Shown piece after piece: positions 27,086 to 36,563 of a stretch of 64,000 nucleotides of DNA. The notes under the pieces are model-generated. The model was not told the DNA's origin. It searched no databases and saw only the letters and a program-made list of their open reading frames with translations. Position 1 is the first letter of the stretch, and the number at the start of each line of letters is the position of its first letter. This DNA comes from a bacterium (GTDB lineage Bacteria > Patescibacteriota > Saccharimonadia > Saccharimonadales > SZUA-47). The translations under genes were made by a program, and so were the position numbers. The stretch lies in the NCBI GenBank assembly GCA_030427445.1, contig JAUIBQ010000002.1, forward strand, positions 101 through 64,100, read 5' to 3'.

Positions 27086-29617
27086 TTAAGCGTAGCGTTT
27101 AATTTCAGCTTCTACTCGTTCGATTGACGATTTGGTCTCTTTCAGTTCATCACGTGTTTCTTTAACGAGTTCTTTTGGAGCATTTTTCACATATGACTCG
27201 TTGTCGAGACGTTTTTGCAGTCCTTCTAAGCGCTTCTCAAGCTCTTCACGCTGCGTTTTGAGCTGAGATGCGTAATGTTCCCGTGTTTCACGATCAATGT
27301 CCAGCCACGCCTTGTGGTCGGTTTGTGTCAGGTGTAGGCCATTTCCATCTTCGACTTTAGATACACCATCAAGTCCGGCTAAACCTTTCACAAGTTCACC
27401 GTATTCATCGAGTGTCTTCGAGTCAGCATAGTATAACGACGTTTTCTTAAGTTTGAGCTCGCCTTTAATCAGTCGAATCTCTGCGACAATAGCTTGGATG
27501 TCCGTAAACACAGCGGCTTCTGACTTTTTGCTCTTACCAACTTTTGGCCACTTTTGGGAAATCAGTAAACTATCACCTGTCCAACGTAACGTCTGCCAGA
27601 TTGTTTCAGTAACAAACGGCGCAAACGGATGCGCTAGTCTTAGAATCGTATCGAGCACATATGCCATCATAGCTTCATTTTTGGACTGTTTACTAGCCTC
27701 TATATACCAGTCAGCGACGCTGTCCCAAATGACGTGGTAGACAGTTTCATATGCTTCACTAAAGCGATAGTCAGCCATCGATTTCTGCATCAGTTCACTA
27801 GCTTGTTGTAATTCATGCAACACCCAGTAATCAGCCACGCTTTTTGGTTTTGCCTCCGGTTTTACTTTGCTGTCACCAATAACACTTTCGATGTAGCGAG
27901 CAACGTTCCATAACTTGTTACAGAAGTTTCGGCCTGCGACAACTTTAGACGGATCATACGCCGCGCTCTCCCCTGCACTTCTTCCAGCCAACACACCAAG
28001 ACGGAGCGCATCAGTTCCATACTCATCAATAATCGGCATCGGGTCGACAACATTGCCTTTACTCTTACTCATCTTCGTGCCGTCAGTTGCTCGCATCATT
28101 CCGTGCAAATACACCTGCTCAAACGGTATTTTCCCAGTGACGTACAGCCCTAAACAAATCATACGAGCTACCCATTGATACAAGATATCAACACCAGTTT
28201 CCATAAGCTGGGTTGGGTATGTATCTTTATTATTCGGGTATCCAGTCGTAATAAACGGCCACTGCCCTGAACTAAACCACGTATCAAACACATCTGGGTC
28301 GCGACGATACGTTTTGCCATCTTTTTCTATCGTATGTTGTTCGACTTGAGTGTCGAAAATCCACTCATCTGGATCATCAACATTTTGGAATGCTGGGATA
28401 GGTATCCCCCAGGCAATTTGCCTGCTGATGTTCCAATCTTTTACATTTTGTAGATACTCAATTGTCTGAGCTCGTTTTGCTTCAGGGTAGAACTCTATCT
28501 TTTTATCTTTAAGAGCTTTAATCGCAGGTTTAGCGAGCTTTTTCATGTCAATAAACCACTGATCAAGCAACATCGGCTCTATCTGTGTGCCGCACTTATA
28601 ACACTTCCCGACTCTGTTCTTGTACTTCTCATCAATTCTCAGCAACAAGCCTTTTTCTTTCAGAGCCTTTACGACCGCTTTGCGTGCATCAGCAATCGTC
28701 ATACCTTCGAACTGCCCTGCTTCATGGTTCATTGTTCCATCATGATTAATCACACGCTTCGCTTGCAGGTTGTGTCTCTGTGCAACTTCCCAGTCATTAA
28801 AGTCGTGAGCTGGTGTAATCTTCACTACCCCTGTTCCGAATTCTCGGTCAACCATCTCGTCTCCTACGACGACGATTTCAAACGGCCCATTAATACCTTC
28901 AACTTCGATAGTCTGACCAATGTACTTTTTGTATCGCTCATCATCTGGATGCACTGCGACTGCAGTATCACCAAACTTGGTCTCTGGTCGAGTAGTTGCA
29001 AGCTCAAATGGCCCGTACTGCATGTAGTAGAGTGGTGAATTTTGCTCCTGATATTCCACTTCAATATCTGCAAACCCTGTGCGATGCTCGGTACAGTAGT
29101 TTACCAGCCTTTCACCTCTGTAAATGAGCCCATCTTTCCATAGTTTTTCAAAGGTAGAATACGCGACATCAATCGTATTTTGATCAAGCGTAAAGTGGAA
29201 GTTCTCCCAGTCACAGCTCGCACCCAGTTGACGGAAAATGTCGTTAAACCGTTCCCTGTTACCAGCTACGAAATCAAACACCTGATCGTAGAGTTCTTCA
29301 CGGGTAAAATCAAAGCGACTCTTCCCTTCTTTAGCAAGCTGTTTTTCATACACAACCTGCGTCTCAAACCCAGCATGGTCAGCTCCTGGTATCCACTGCA
29401 CTCGCTTCCCTTGCATTCGCTCGTATCTGACAACCGTATCTTCTATTCCTACGAATAGCACGTGGCCTATGTGCAATCCGGCATTAGCGTTAGGTGGTGG
29501 CATGACTACTGTAAAAGGATCGCCCTTTCCTTTAGGGCTAAACGCTCCGCTGGCTTCCCAAAGGGCGTAAATATCTTTCTCGTACTCCTGTGGAGTGTAT
29601 TTTGAACTCAACTTCAT
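27086..29617 (-). CDS. valS: valine--tRNA ligase
   Basis: PPPN...LHIGH, PGADHAG, ATTRPET, KITPAHD, DW.ISRQ.AWG, KMSKS, C-terminal coiled coil. Confidence 0.96.
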   Translation of the reverse strand: MKLSSKYTPQEYEKDIYALWEASGAFSPKGKGDPFTVVMPPPNANAGLHIGHVLFVGIEDTVVRYERMQGKRVQWIPGADHAGFETQVVYEKQLAKEGKSRFDFTREELYDQVFDFVAGNRERFNDIFRQLGASCDWENFHFTLDQNTIDVAYSTFEKLWKDGLIYRGERLVNYCTEHRTGFADIEVEYQEQNSPLYYMQYGPFELATTRPETKFGDTAVAVHPDDERYKKYIGQTIEVEGINGPFEIVVVGDEMVDREFGTGVVKITPAHDFNDWEVAQRHNLQAKRVINHDGTMNHEAGQFEGMTIADARKAVVKALKEKGLLLRIDEKYKNRVGKCYKCGTQIEPMLLDQWFIDMKKLAKPAIKALKDKKIEFYPEAKRAQTIEYLQNVKDWNISRQIAWGIPIPAFQNVDDPDEWIFDTQVEQHTIEKDGKTYRRDPDVFDTWFSSGQWPFITTGYPNNKDTYPTQLMETGVDILYQWVARMICLGLYVTGKIPFEQVYLHGMMRATDGTKMSKSKGNVVDPMPIIDEYGTDALRLGVLAGRSAGESAAYDPSKVVAGRNFCNKLWNVARYIESVIGDSKVKPEAKPKSVADYWVLHELQQASELMQKSMADYRFSEAYETVYHVIWDSVADWYIEASKQSKNEAMMAYVLDTILRLAHPFAPFVTETIWQTLRWTGDSLLISQKWPKVGKSKKSEAAVFTDIQAIVAEIRLIKGELKLKKTSLYYADSKTLDEYGELVKGLAGLDGVSKVEDGNGLHLTQTDHKAWLDIDRETREHYASQLKTQREELEKRLEGLQKRLDNESYVKNAPKELVKETRDELKETKSSIERVEAEIKRYA

Positions 29618-29711
29618 ATAGTTCCCATCATAACAGTTTAAAGGTGTTCATTTCTAGAGGTAATCCAAACAAAACTATCAATCAATTCTTTAGAACTTAG
29701 GAGTTTACACA

Positions 29712-29764
29712 GTTTTCACGTGAAAATTAAAAACACATGAACAATAAGGTTTTCACGTGAAACC
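29712..29764. promoter_or_regulatory. two parS-like palindromes (29712-29727, 29749-29764)
   Basis: gtTTTCACGTGAAAat and gtTTTCACGTGAAAcc versus the parS consensus TGTTTCACGTGAAACA. Confidence 0.65.
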
Positions 29765-29917
29765 TCCCTACTCATGTGCCCATAACTACTCGCAAACATC
29801 CTCGCATCGAGTTCATGTTCGCTTTTTGTATCTATAAGAACTATCAGACTACACTGATTTGAAACTCACATTTTGTTTTCACCTCTAGATTAACAGATGA
29901 AACTATCATAAGCAATA

Positions 29918-29946
29918 TTGACAATTCACATAATTTTTGCTATAAT
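29918..29946 (+). promoter_or_regulatory. sigma70 promoter with extended -10
   Basis: TTGACA-17 bp-TATAAT, with TGC before the -10. Confidence 0.75.
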
Positions 29947-29970
29947 TAGTGCATAAAATTAAAACAAAAA

Positions 29971-30405
29971 ATGAACACAATTCGCGAATCAGTAGACCCA
30001 CTCAACACACTACCGCAAGTAGAATTGGCTAGAGATCCGAATGCACAGGAGGCTAGGGGAACCTTAGTCCCACATCATCAGTTAGTGATGCATAACGGAG
30101 AACAAATTGGAGTGGCTACATTAGTAGAAAATACAGGAAGAAGTAAAGAAGCTTACTTCAATGGCATAAATATTGAAGAAGAGTTGAGAGGGCAAGGTTA
30201 TGGACTAGCCACCTACCTTGCTGCTATCGAACATGCACACGGAAAGGGCCTAGATTTTAGAACTCATGACTGGTCTCAAACAAAAGAAGCTGCGAAAGTT
30301 TGGGCGAAATTTATTGAATTAGGTATTGCTGAAGTAATTGAGCCATTTGAACCTATTGAAGACAGCGATAAGTTTTCAGGGCATGCGGTTATACGAGCTA
30401 CATAG
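29971..30405 (+). CDS. GNAT-like acetyltransferase
   Basis: I.IEEELRGQGYG motif; A.KVW. Confidence 0.7.
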   Translation: MNTIRESVDPLNTLPQVELARDPNAQEARGTLVPHHQLVMHNGEQIGVATLVENTGRSKEAYFNGINIEEELRGQGYGLATYLAAIEHAHGKGLDFRTHDWSQTKEAAKVWAKFIELGIAEVIEPFEPIEDSDKFSGHAVIRAT

Positions 30406-31471
30406 AGAGGTTTGGCTGAATCTGGAGAGAGTAGGGGTCAGCCGGTTCGCTATCAAGCATGGCGTGATAGCACCCAAGCGTTGCTATCATCGCACCGTTG
30501 TCAGTGCAAAGCTTGATATCAGTGTAATCGATAGAGCAGGGGAGCCGCTCGCGTAACTGTCGTCGTAACTCTTGGTTTGCGGCTACACCACCAGCGATAA
30601 CGACTGATTTTGGAGCAAACTGCTCATATGCTTTCACTGCCTTATCTACAACTGTCTCAATCGCAACTCTTTGGAAGCTCGCAGCTATGTCATTCCTTTG
30701 AGTCTCTGAGAGCCTCTCAGCTACCTTGAAACTAGGAAAGGTGAAATCTTCTCCTATCTCAGCTTGAGCAAGCCTTAGAACGGCCGTCTTAAGGCCAGAG
30801 AAGCTAAATTCGTACGGATGATCTAGGTTTGCTTTGGGGAATGAATATTTTACTGCGTCACCGTTTTTAGCTGACTCACTAACGCTCGGTCCGCCAGGGT
30901 AGGGGAGGCCAATTATTTTGGCTACCTTATCAAATGCCTCACCAATCGCGTCGTCTCTGGTTCTACCAAGTAATTCGTAATTAAAATGATCCTTAAAAAG
31001 GACTAACTGACTGTGGCCACCACTCACAATAAGCGCAAGTAAAGGAAACTCAGGTTGTTTTTCTCGTAACTGGTAGTTATCTAAATTTGTTTCGTTCAAA
31101 AAATTGGCATAGACATGACCTTCGACATGGTTGCACGCATACAGAGGCTTATTTTTAGTGATCGCTAGCGTTCGAGCAGTCATAACTCCTACGAGTAATG
31201 AGCCTCCCAGGCCCGCACCACACGTGACGGCAATTGCATCAATCTCATCCCAGGGATTAGCTACGCCTGGAAACGCTACCGCTAAGGCTTCCTCAATAAC
31301 TGGGGTGATTACTTCGATATGACTTCGAGCTGCAATTTCAGGAACCACTCCACCGTACGCTTTATGCAAGTCAAGACTTGTAGACACGACATTACTCAAC
31401 AGCACACGCCCGTCGCGCACTACTGCAGCTGATGTCTCATCACAACTCGACTCTATTCCTAGCACTGTCAT
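30398..31471 (-). CDS. tsaD: tRNA N6-threonylcarbamoyltransferase TsaD
   Basis: LGIESSCDET, GGVVPEIAARSH, NHVEGH, VSGGHS, DDAIGEAFDK, FSFSGLKT, CTDNGAMI; start set at MTVLG. Confidence 0.95.
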   Translation of the reverse strand: MTVLGIESSCDETSAAVVRDGRVLLSNVVSTSLDLHKAYGGVVPEIAARSHIEVITPVIEEALAVAFPGVANPWDEIDAIAVTCGAGLGGSLLVGVMTARTLAITKNKPLYACNHVEGHVYANFLNETNLDNYQLREKQPEFPLLALIVSGGHSQLVLFKDHFNYELLGRTRDDAIGEAFDKVAKIIGLPYPGGPSVSESAKNGDAVKYSFPKANLDHPYEFSFSGLKTAVLRLAQAEIGEDFTFPSFKVAERLSETQRNDIAASFQRVAIETVVDKAVKAYEQFAPKSVVIAGGVAANQELRRQLRERLPCSIDYTDIKLCTDNGAMIATLGCYHAMLDSEPADPYSLQIQPNLSM

Positions 31472-31578
31472 TCCACTTATTTTAACACTTCTCATTGTGT
31501 CACTATTCTTGACATTTAAGGTGTTTTTTGCTATATTAAAGCGCAAGACTGATACATAAAAACTATAAAAACAAAATT

Positions 31579-31695
31579 ATGAAGGAATTCAAACCACTAG
31601 TCTCAGATACAGAGCCAACAAACGTACTTGCGCCATACTCTTTGCAGTACGAAGCACTTATCGTCGAGCCTAAAGTTCAAAAGCATAAGAATTAA
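31579..31695 (+). CDS. small hypothetical protein (38 aa)
   Basis: MKEFKPLVSDTEPTNVLAPYSLQYEALIVEPKVQKHKN, behind TTGACA-17-TATATT (31509-31537) and an A-rich leader. Confidence 0.35.
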   Translation: MKEFKPLVSDTEPTNVLAPYSLQYEALIVEPKVQKHKN

Positions 31696-31790
31696 TCTAC
31701 AACATAATATTGACATTTTATTAATTATTTAGTATTATAGTCGTATATTCTGTTATTAATTCGTAGCCAAAAGGAACAAGAATTAGAATT

Positions 31791-33569
31791 ATGAGAAATC
31801 CACTACAACGTCAACCCGAACAACCATCTGTTGGACCTGGTACTGTTAATCTAGAGTCTGACTATCAGGCTAGGGGCGCAGTTAACGGCAATCCTTACTT
31901 TACAGGCAATCCATACAGTGAGACTGTATCGGGCCGTGTTGCTAAAGCGAACGTAGGCGATTTAGATCAAGAACTGCCTGGCTGGGAGGTTGTGAGCCAA
32001 CTTGACACTGCTGAAAAGAATTTCACAGATGCTGAAAAAACTGATATCAAAGCAGCACAAGATTTAGTAGACCAGAAATTAACTATCCTAGGCGAACACT
32101 CACTTGAGAGAAGTACATCACTAATTACACGTGATGCAGCAAGCAAAAAGTTTGGTGATAGCGTTGAAGAAGAATTACGTGAAGCACGCGAGTCACTACA
32201 AGAAAAGCTTAAAAATGCATATGTCGCACACGGTGTAGATGAAGCGTTATTTAGTATCGAAGCAAGTGATGATGAAGAGTCTGAGCGTGCTCGAGGTGCT
32301 ATGAATACATTACGGCTTCTATCAGCAGCAGATGAAATTGATAAGATGACAGACGCTATGGGTGCGCACGCCACTGACAAGTACGCATCAACTCCTGTTC
32401 AACCTCAGTCAGACCCAACGACTAGAACAGAAAAGGCAAAAGGCTTTTTCAAAAAGGGTCTAGATAAACTAAAGAAGGTTGGTTCTAAAGCAGTTGACGC
32501 TTATGCATGGGCAAGTGAACGTAAAGAAGACGGTAAGCGACGATGGGGCAGAACACTAGTGAAAGGTGTCGCAACTGTTGGCGCAGGTGCTGGTGCTGCA
32601 TTAATTGCAGGCGGACTCGGTGCTGGCGCAGCGGCAGCCGGTATTGGGTATATCGCGAAAAAAACTGTCAATGCTGGTTTCATGGGTGCAGTAAAGAATC
32701 GAAAACTTCGTGAAAACATTGATGAGCGAATTGCGGATTTTAATCGTCAAGCTAAAGAAGCGCTCAATGCGCACTTTAATTCAGCAGAGATTACCGACAC
32801 ATCTGCTGGGATCAATGCAGCTCGCAAAGAAGTCAACTCAGCAACTCGTAAGAATCGCGTAGAGGTTGGTGTTGTCGCAGGAGCAGCAGCTGTAGCCGGC
32901 GGTATAGTCGCCGAAACTATAGACGTGGGGGAAATTGCAAAAACTGCGTCTACGCCTTTCCGCTGGGCAGGCGACAAAATGAATGTTCATGTTGATAACC
33001 CGTTCTCACAAGACACCAGTGGCAGTATTGCAACTGATGAAGTTGGCACTAAAATTAATGTGGGTGACAACGACTTGTCAGAATTAGATGTCGACGGAGA
33101 CGGTGAAGTTGATGCAGACGAGATAGAAAAAGCAATTGATGCAAATCAGCCAGTAACTGTCATGGGGCAAGAAGCAACCATGGTCGATGTAAATGATGAT
33201 GGCGATTTATCACCTGAAGAACTACATGCAGCATCACCGCAAGATCTTGAACTCACTGGAGATACAGACAGTGAAGGAGAGATAGGAGACTTTACTACAG
33301 ACGAAACTGCAGAGTCGCTTGGTGGCGCAGAACCTACATTCGAAGAGATGTCACATTTTACTGAATATGACTACCCATCAAACTACTACACGATGGATCA
33401 AATTCGCCACTTAGCTGAACTAGCTTCAGACGACTTTACTGTTAACTGGCACAACGTTGGTGATGGTAATAATGGCAATGATTGGATAAGCATCAATGGA
33501 CGAAGTGAAACTGCATACGTATTAGCAGTACTAAGTCGATATGCTGAAGAAGAAGCTGTCACGGCCTAA
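31791..33569 (+). CDS. large hypothetical protein with Gly/Ala-rich hydrophobic segments and EF-hand-like loops
   Basis: DVDGDGEVDADE and DVNDDGDLSPEE; promoter TTGACA-17-TATTAT at 31710-31738. Confidence 0.7.
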   Translation: MRNPLQRQPEQPSVGPGTVNLESDYQARGAVNGNPYFTGNPYSETVSGRVAKANVGDLDQELPGWEVVSQLDTAEKNFTDAEKTDIKAAQDLVDQKLTILGEHSLERSTSLITRDAASKKFGDSVEEELREARESLQEKLKNAYVAHGVDEALFSIEASDDEESERARGAMNTLRLLSAADEIDKMTDAMGAHATDKYASTPVQPQSDPTTRTEKAKGFFKKGLDKLKKVGSKAVDAYAWASERKEDGKRRWGRTLVKGVATVGAGAGAALIAGGLGAGAAAAGIGYIAKKTVNAGFMGAVKNRKLRENIDERIADFNRQAKEALNAHFNSAEITDTSAGINAARKEVNSATRKNRVEVGVVAGAAAVAGGIVAETIDVGEIAKTASTPFRWAGDKMNVHVDNPFSQDTSGSIATDEVGTKINVGDNDLSELDVDGDGEVDADEIEKAIDANQPVTVMGQEATMVDVNDDGDLSPEELHAASPQDLELTGDTDSEGEIGDFTTDETAESLGGAEPTFEEMSHFTEYDYPSNYYTMDQIRHLAELASDDFTVNWHNVGDGNNGNDWISINGRSETAYVLAVLSRYAEEEAVTA

Positions 33570-33620
33570 AGCAGTAGTTTAGTGCTATACTTTTAGCAAA
33601 ATCAAACAAAAAGGAAAAAT

Positions 33621-33917
33621 ATGGACAAAGAATCAGTAGAAAAAATTATAAAAGACTTAGAGGTCACTAATCTTAGCGATGAGCAAAAAGAGCTCGTGGC
33701 AACTAGATTCATGCAATCGTATAAAAAAAGACTAGAGACAATAACAGCTGCACAAGTCAGTCATGCTGGGCTTGTAGACGAACTCGATTGTGCTTCATCG
33801 CCTGAGGAAATAAATGCTGTAGTTCGTAAGGCACTAAATACCGACGATGATGGCCTTCTGGAGCAGACTGAAGCAATGTATGACATTTTGATAAATGAGT
33901 TCAAGTCTTTGATGTAG
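33621..33917 (+). CDS. small acidic helical hypothetical protein
   Basis: 98-aa ORF, AAGGA RBS. Confidence 0.6.
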   Translation: MDKESVEKIIKDLEVTNLSDEQKELVATRFMQSYKKRLETITAAQVSHAGLVDELDCASSPEEINAVVRKALNTDDDGLLEQTEAMYDILINEFKSLM

Positions 33918-33953
33918 CTCACACTGTAGCGACTAGCGTATAATTTTAAAATA

Positions 33954-35249
33954 ATGAACGCTGTACAGTCATTCAAAAAATCAACCATATATAAAAAGCT
34001 GGTGCTTCCTAAGCACTGGCTTTTTGCTGTTGTAGCAAATATACGCGAGGGCTGGCCGGGTAAAGACGTAGAAGTTATTGCCGTTACGGGCACGAATGGC
34101 AAAACCAGCACCTGCTTTTTGATTCATAATATGCTCAGTAGCGCAGGCATAAAAAGCGCAGTTATCACAACTATTGGGTACGGGATGGGTGACGATATCC
34201 AGCCGTTAGATGCTCACGGCGGGCATATGACGAGCCTGCCAGCACCATCGCTTTTGAAGAAAATTAAGGAGTTAAAAGAGCAGGGGGTGGAAGTAATTGT
34301 CCTAGAAGTTACATCTCACGCACTTAGCCAATACCGAACACTGGGTGTGCCGTTTTCTATTGGCGTATTCACTAACCTCACTCGCGAGCACCTCGACTTT
34401 CACGGGAGTATGGAAGCATATCGAGATGCGAAGCTAAAGCTGTTTAAAAAAGTAGCGAGAAATACGAACGGGAAACAGGTTGGCATCGCCAATATTGACG
34501 ACAAGTACGGCAACGACTTTTTAGCAGTCGTTCCGAATAAGGTCGGATACAGTGTGCAGAACGGCGGAGCATCAGCTTTTGCTCAAGAGATAAAACTAAG
34601 CCCAGAAAAGTCGACATATAAGGCAGTTACTGACGAAACTACCTATTCAATCATCTGCAATTTACCTGGTGAATTTAACGTATCAAACAGCCTCGCTGCA
34701 GTGTGCGTAGGTAAAGCTTTGGGATTGGACAAAAAGCAAATAGAGCAGGGGATAGCTGCGACGACATCCGTAAGTGGCAGAATGACTCGTGTTGATGCAG
34801 GACAAGATTTCGATGTAATCGTCGACTTCGCCCACACACCAGACGCTATACAAAATGTGCTTGAGAGCCTACAGAAAACAACCAAAGGTGACGTCGCGTT
34901 AGTATTTGGAGCTACAGGCAACCGCGACACGACGAAGCGTGTGCCTATGGGTGAAGTAGCTGCAACATATGCGGATAAGGTGTATCTCACAGATGATGAA
35001 ACATATACTGAGAGCCCTGAAAAAATCAGAGAAACAGTCATGCAAGGCATTGTAAAAGCTGGTGGACGAGACAAAACTGAGGAGATAGGCGATAGACGAG
35101 AAGCGATCACTCGTGCATTCAAAGATGCAAAAAAAGGTGACGTCGTCGTGCTCGCAGGATTAGGCCACCAACCGTATCGCGAGATGAAAAGTGGTCAAGA
35201 ACCATGGCTTGAGAAAGAGGTCGCTGAAGATATTCTCGAGACTTTATAG
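33954..35249 (+). CDS. murE: UDP-N-acetylmuramoyl-tripeptide synthetase (MurE family)
   Basis: VTGTNGKTST, LEVTSHAL, FTNLTREHLDFH, PGEFNVSN, SGRM, VDFAHTPD, FGATG.RD..KR. Confidence 0.9.
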   Translation: MNAVQSFKKSTIYKKLVLPKHWLFAVVANIREGWPGKDVEVIAVTGTNGKTSTCFLIHNMLSSAGIKSAVITTIGYGMGDDIQPLDAHGGHMTSLPAPSLLKKIKELKEQGVEVIVLEVTSHALSQYRTLGVPFSIGVFTNLTREHLDFHGSMEAYRDAKLKLFKKVARNTNGKQVGIANIDDKYGNDFLAVVPNKVGYSVQNGGASAFAQEIKLSPEKSTYKAVTDETTYSIICNLPGEFNVSNSLAAVCVGKALGLDKKQIEQGIAATTSVSGRMTRVDAGQDFDVIVDFAHTPDAIQNVLESLQKTTKGDVALVFGATGNRDTTKRVPMGEVAATYADKVYLTDDETYTESPEKIRETVMQGIVKAGGRDKTEEIGDRREAITRAFKDAKKGDVVVLAGLGHQPYREMKSGQEPWLEKEVAEDILETL

Positions 35250-35258
35250 AGCTTCTAC

Positions 35259-35942
35259 TTAATCTAGGAAAGAGATGTGCTCTGAGTCTATAAGCCTAGG
35301 AGCAAGCTCGGAGAACACACTCAGGTTTGCCATTTGCGAAGGCCTAATAGACCCTAGCTCTTCCGTTCCGTCTGCTGTTCCATACAGTATACCTCCAACT
35401 GGATCAACCAAGTTGTAACCAAACCTTGGGGTTACACCCCTGCGGTCATAGACACCACACCCTATGATACCCACAGACTTCTTTAAATGACCTGCGGGCT
35501 CAGTATTCCTCCATGTGATTGGATCACCAGGAACAAAGACACCGGACCTTTTTGCATGACCGAAGAACATCATATGTGCAATTTCAGGATCGGCAAGCAG
35601 AGACTCTACGTCCTTCCTAGAATAATCATCTACCTGTAGAGTTTCGTTACCTATACCTAGATTCTTTAGATATTTCGCCATGCGAGAAGCCGCATGCTTA
35701 TTTTCATCTAACTCGTGTGAGTTTCTTTTGTTATCACGATCTGATGAAATTAACATCGCAATGGTAGCGCCGGCTGCAACGCGTCTTTGTTCAGCTAAAG
35801 TATCTGTAACCTGTAGTCCTTCACGATATGTTTTTGCGTTCTTTTTCCCAAGCTGTGCAGTACTATGAGGTTTATCTTCGGCACCGCACAACAAACTTGG
35901 TAACATTTCGTGAAAACTATCCTGAATATTTAATTCTGACAT
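35259..35942 (-). CDS. hypothetical protein with a possible His-Cys (clan CD-like) dyad
   Basis: HMMFFGHA and GIIGCG motifs; promoter TTGACA-17-TATAAT at 35949-35977, 6 nt before the ATG. Confidence 0.6.
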   Translation of the reverse strand: MSELNIQDSFHEMLPSLLCGAEDKPHSTAQLGKKNAKTYREGLQVTDTLAEQRRVAAGATIAMLISSDRDNKRNSHELDENKHAASRMAKYLKNLGIGNETLQVDDYSRKDVESLLADPEIAHMMFFGHAKRSGVFVPGDPITWRNTEPAGHLKKSVGIIGCGVYDRRGVTPRFGYNLVDPVGGILYGTADGTEELGSIRPSQMANLSVFSELAPRLIDSEHISFLD

Positions 35943-35994
35943 ATATATATTATATCAAAATACTTATGCTATGTCAATGTTTTTACCTCTGTTT

Positions 35995-36021
35995 TTGGCA
36001 CTCTATATTGACGAGTGCTAG
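35995..36021. promoter_or_regulatory. CIRCE element upstream of groES
   Basis: TTGGCACTC-N9-GAGTGCTAG, overlapping a TTGACG -35 box. Confidence 0.85.
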
Positions 36022-36100
36022 CTATGATTTGTATACTGCTATCGTACGGTAGCAGTTATTGCTACCCCTTAGAACGAAAAGTAAGTGAGGAGTATTTATT

Positions 36101-36373
36101 ATGGCAGGGAAAATACCAATTACACCCCTAGCGGACTACATCGTAGCTCAGCAAGAGGAAGCAAAAACCAAGACTAACAGCGGGTTATTCCTTCCTGAGA
36201 GCGCTGGCGAAAAACCAAAAATTGCAAACGTGCTTGCGGTAGGCCCAGCAGTTGTTGATGTGAAAGCTGGCGACAAAATCATTTTTGGTGGATACACTAA
36301 CAGCGACATAAAAGTAGATGGCGCCGAATATATGCTTATAAAAAATGAAAACGTCTACGCGACACTAAAGTAA
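36101..36373 (+). CDS. groES: co-chaperonin GroES
   Basis: PLAD, KTNSGL.LP.SA.EKP, AVGP, VKAGD. Confidence 0.93.
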   Translation: MAGKIPITPLADYIVAQQEEAKTKTNSGLFLPESAGEKPKIANVLAVGPAVVDVKAGDKIIFGGYTNSDIKVDGAEYMLIKNENVYATLK

Positions 36374-36563
36374 AGCTAAGATAGCTTGATATCTGAGAAT
36401 TAATTTAAAATCTAGAGGGAAGAGGAGGAGTAAAGCATTTTTGGCCAAGGGTCACTTGGCAGAAATCGAGCACATTTCACGAAAGTGTATATGAAATACA
36501 TTGAGTAAAATTGACGCAGATTTACGCCAAGTGAACACTCCAAAAATATTTACGTAAATTACT

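Noticed and set aside
29618-29900. T-box riboswitch upstream of valS
   Set aside because: No GGTGGNACCGCG-like T-box sequence and no terminator is visible on the coding strand.
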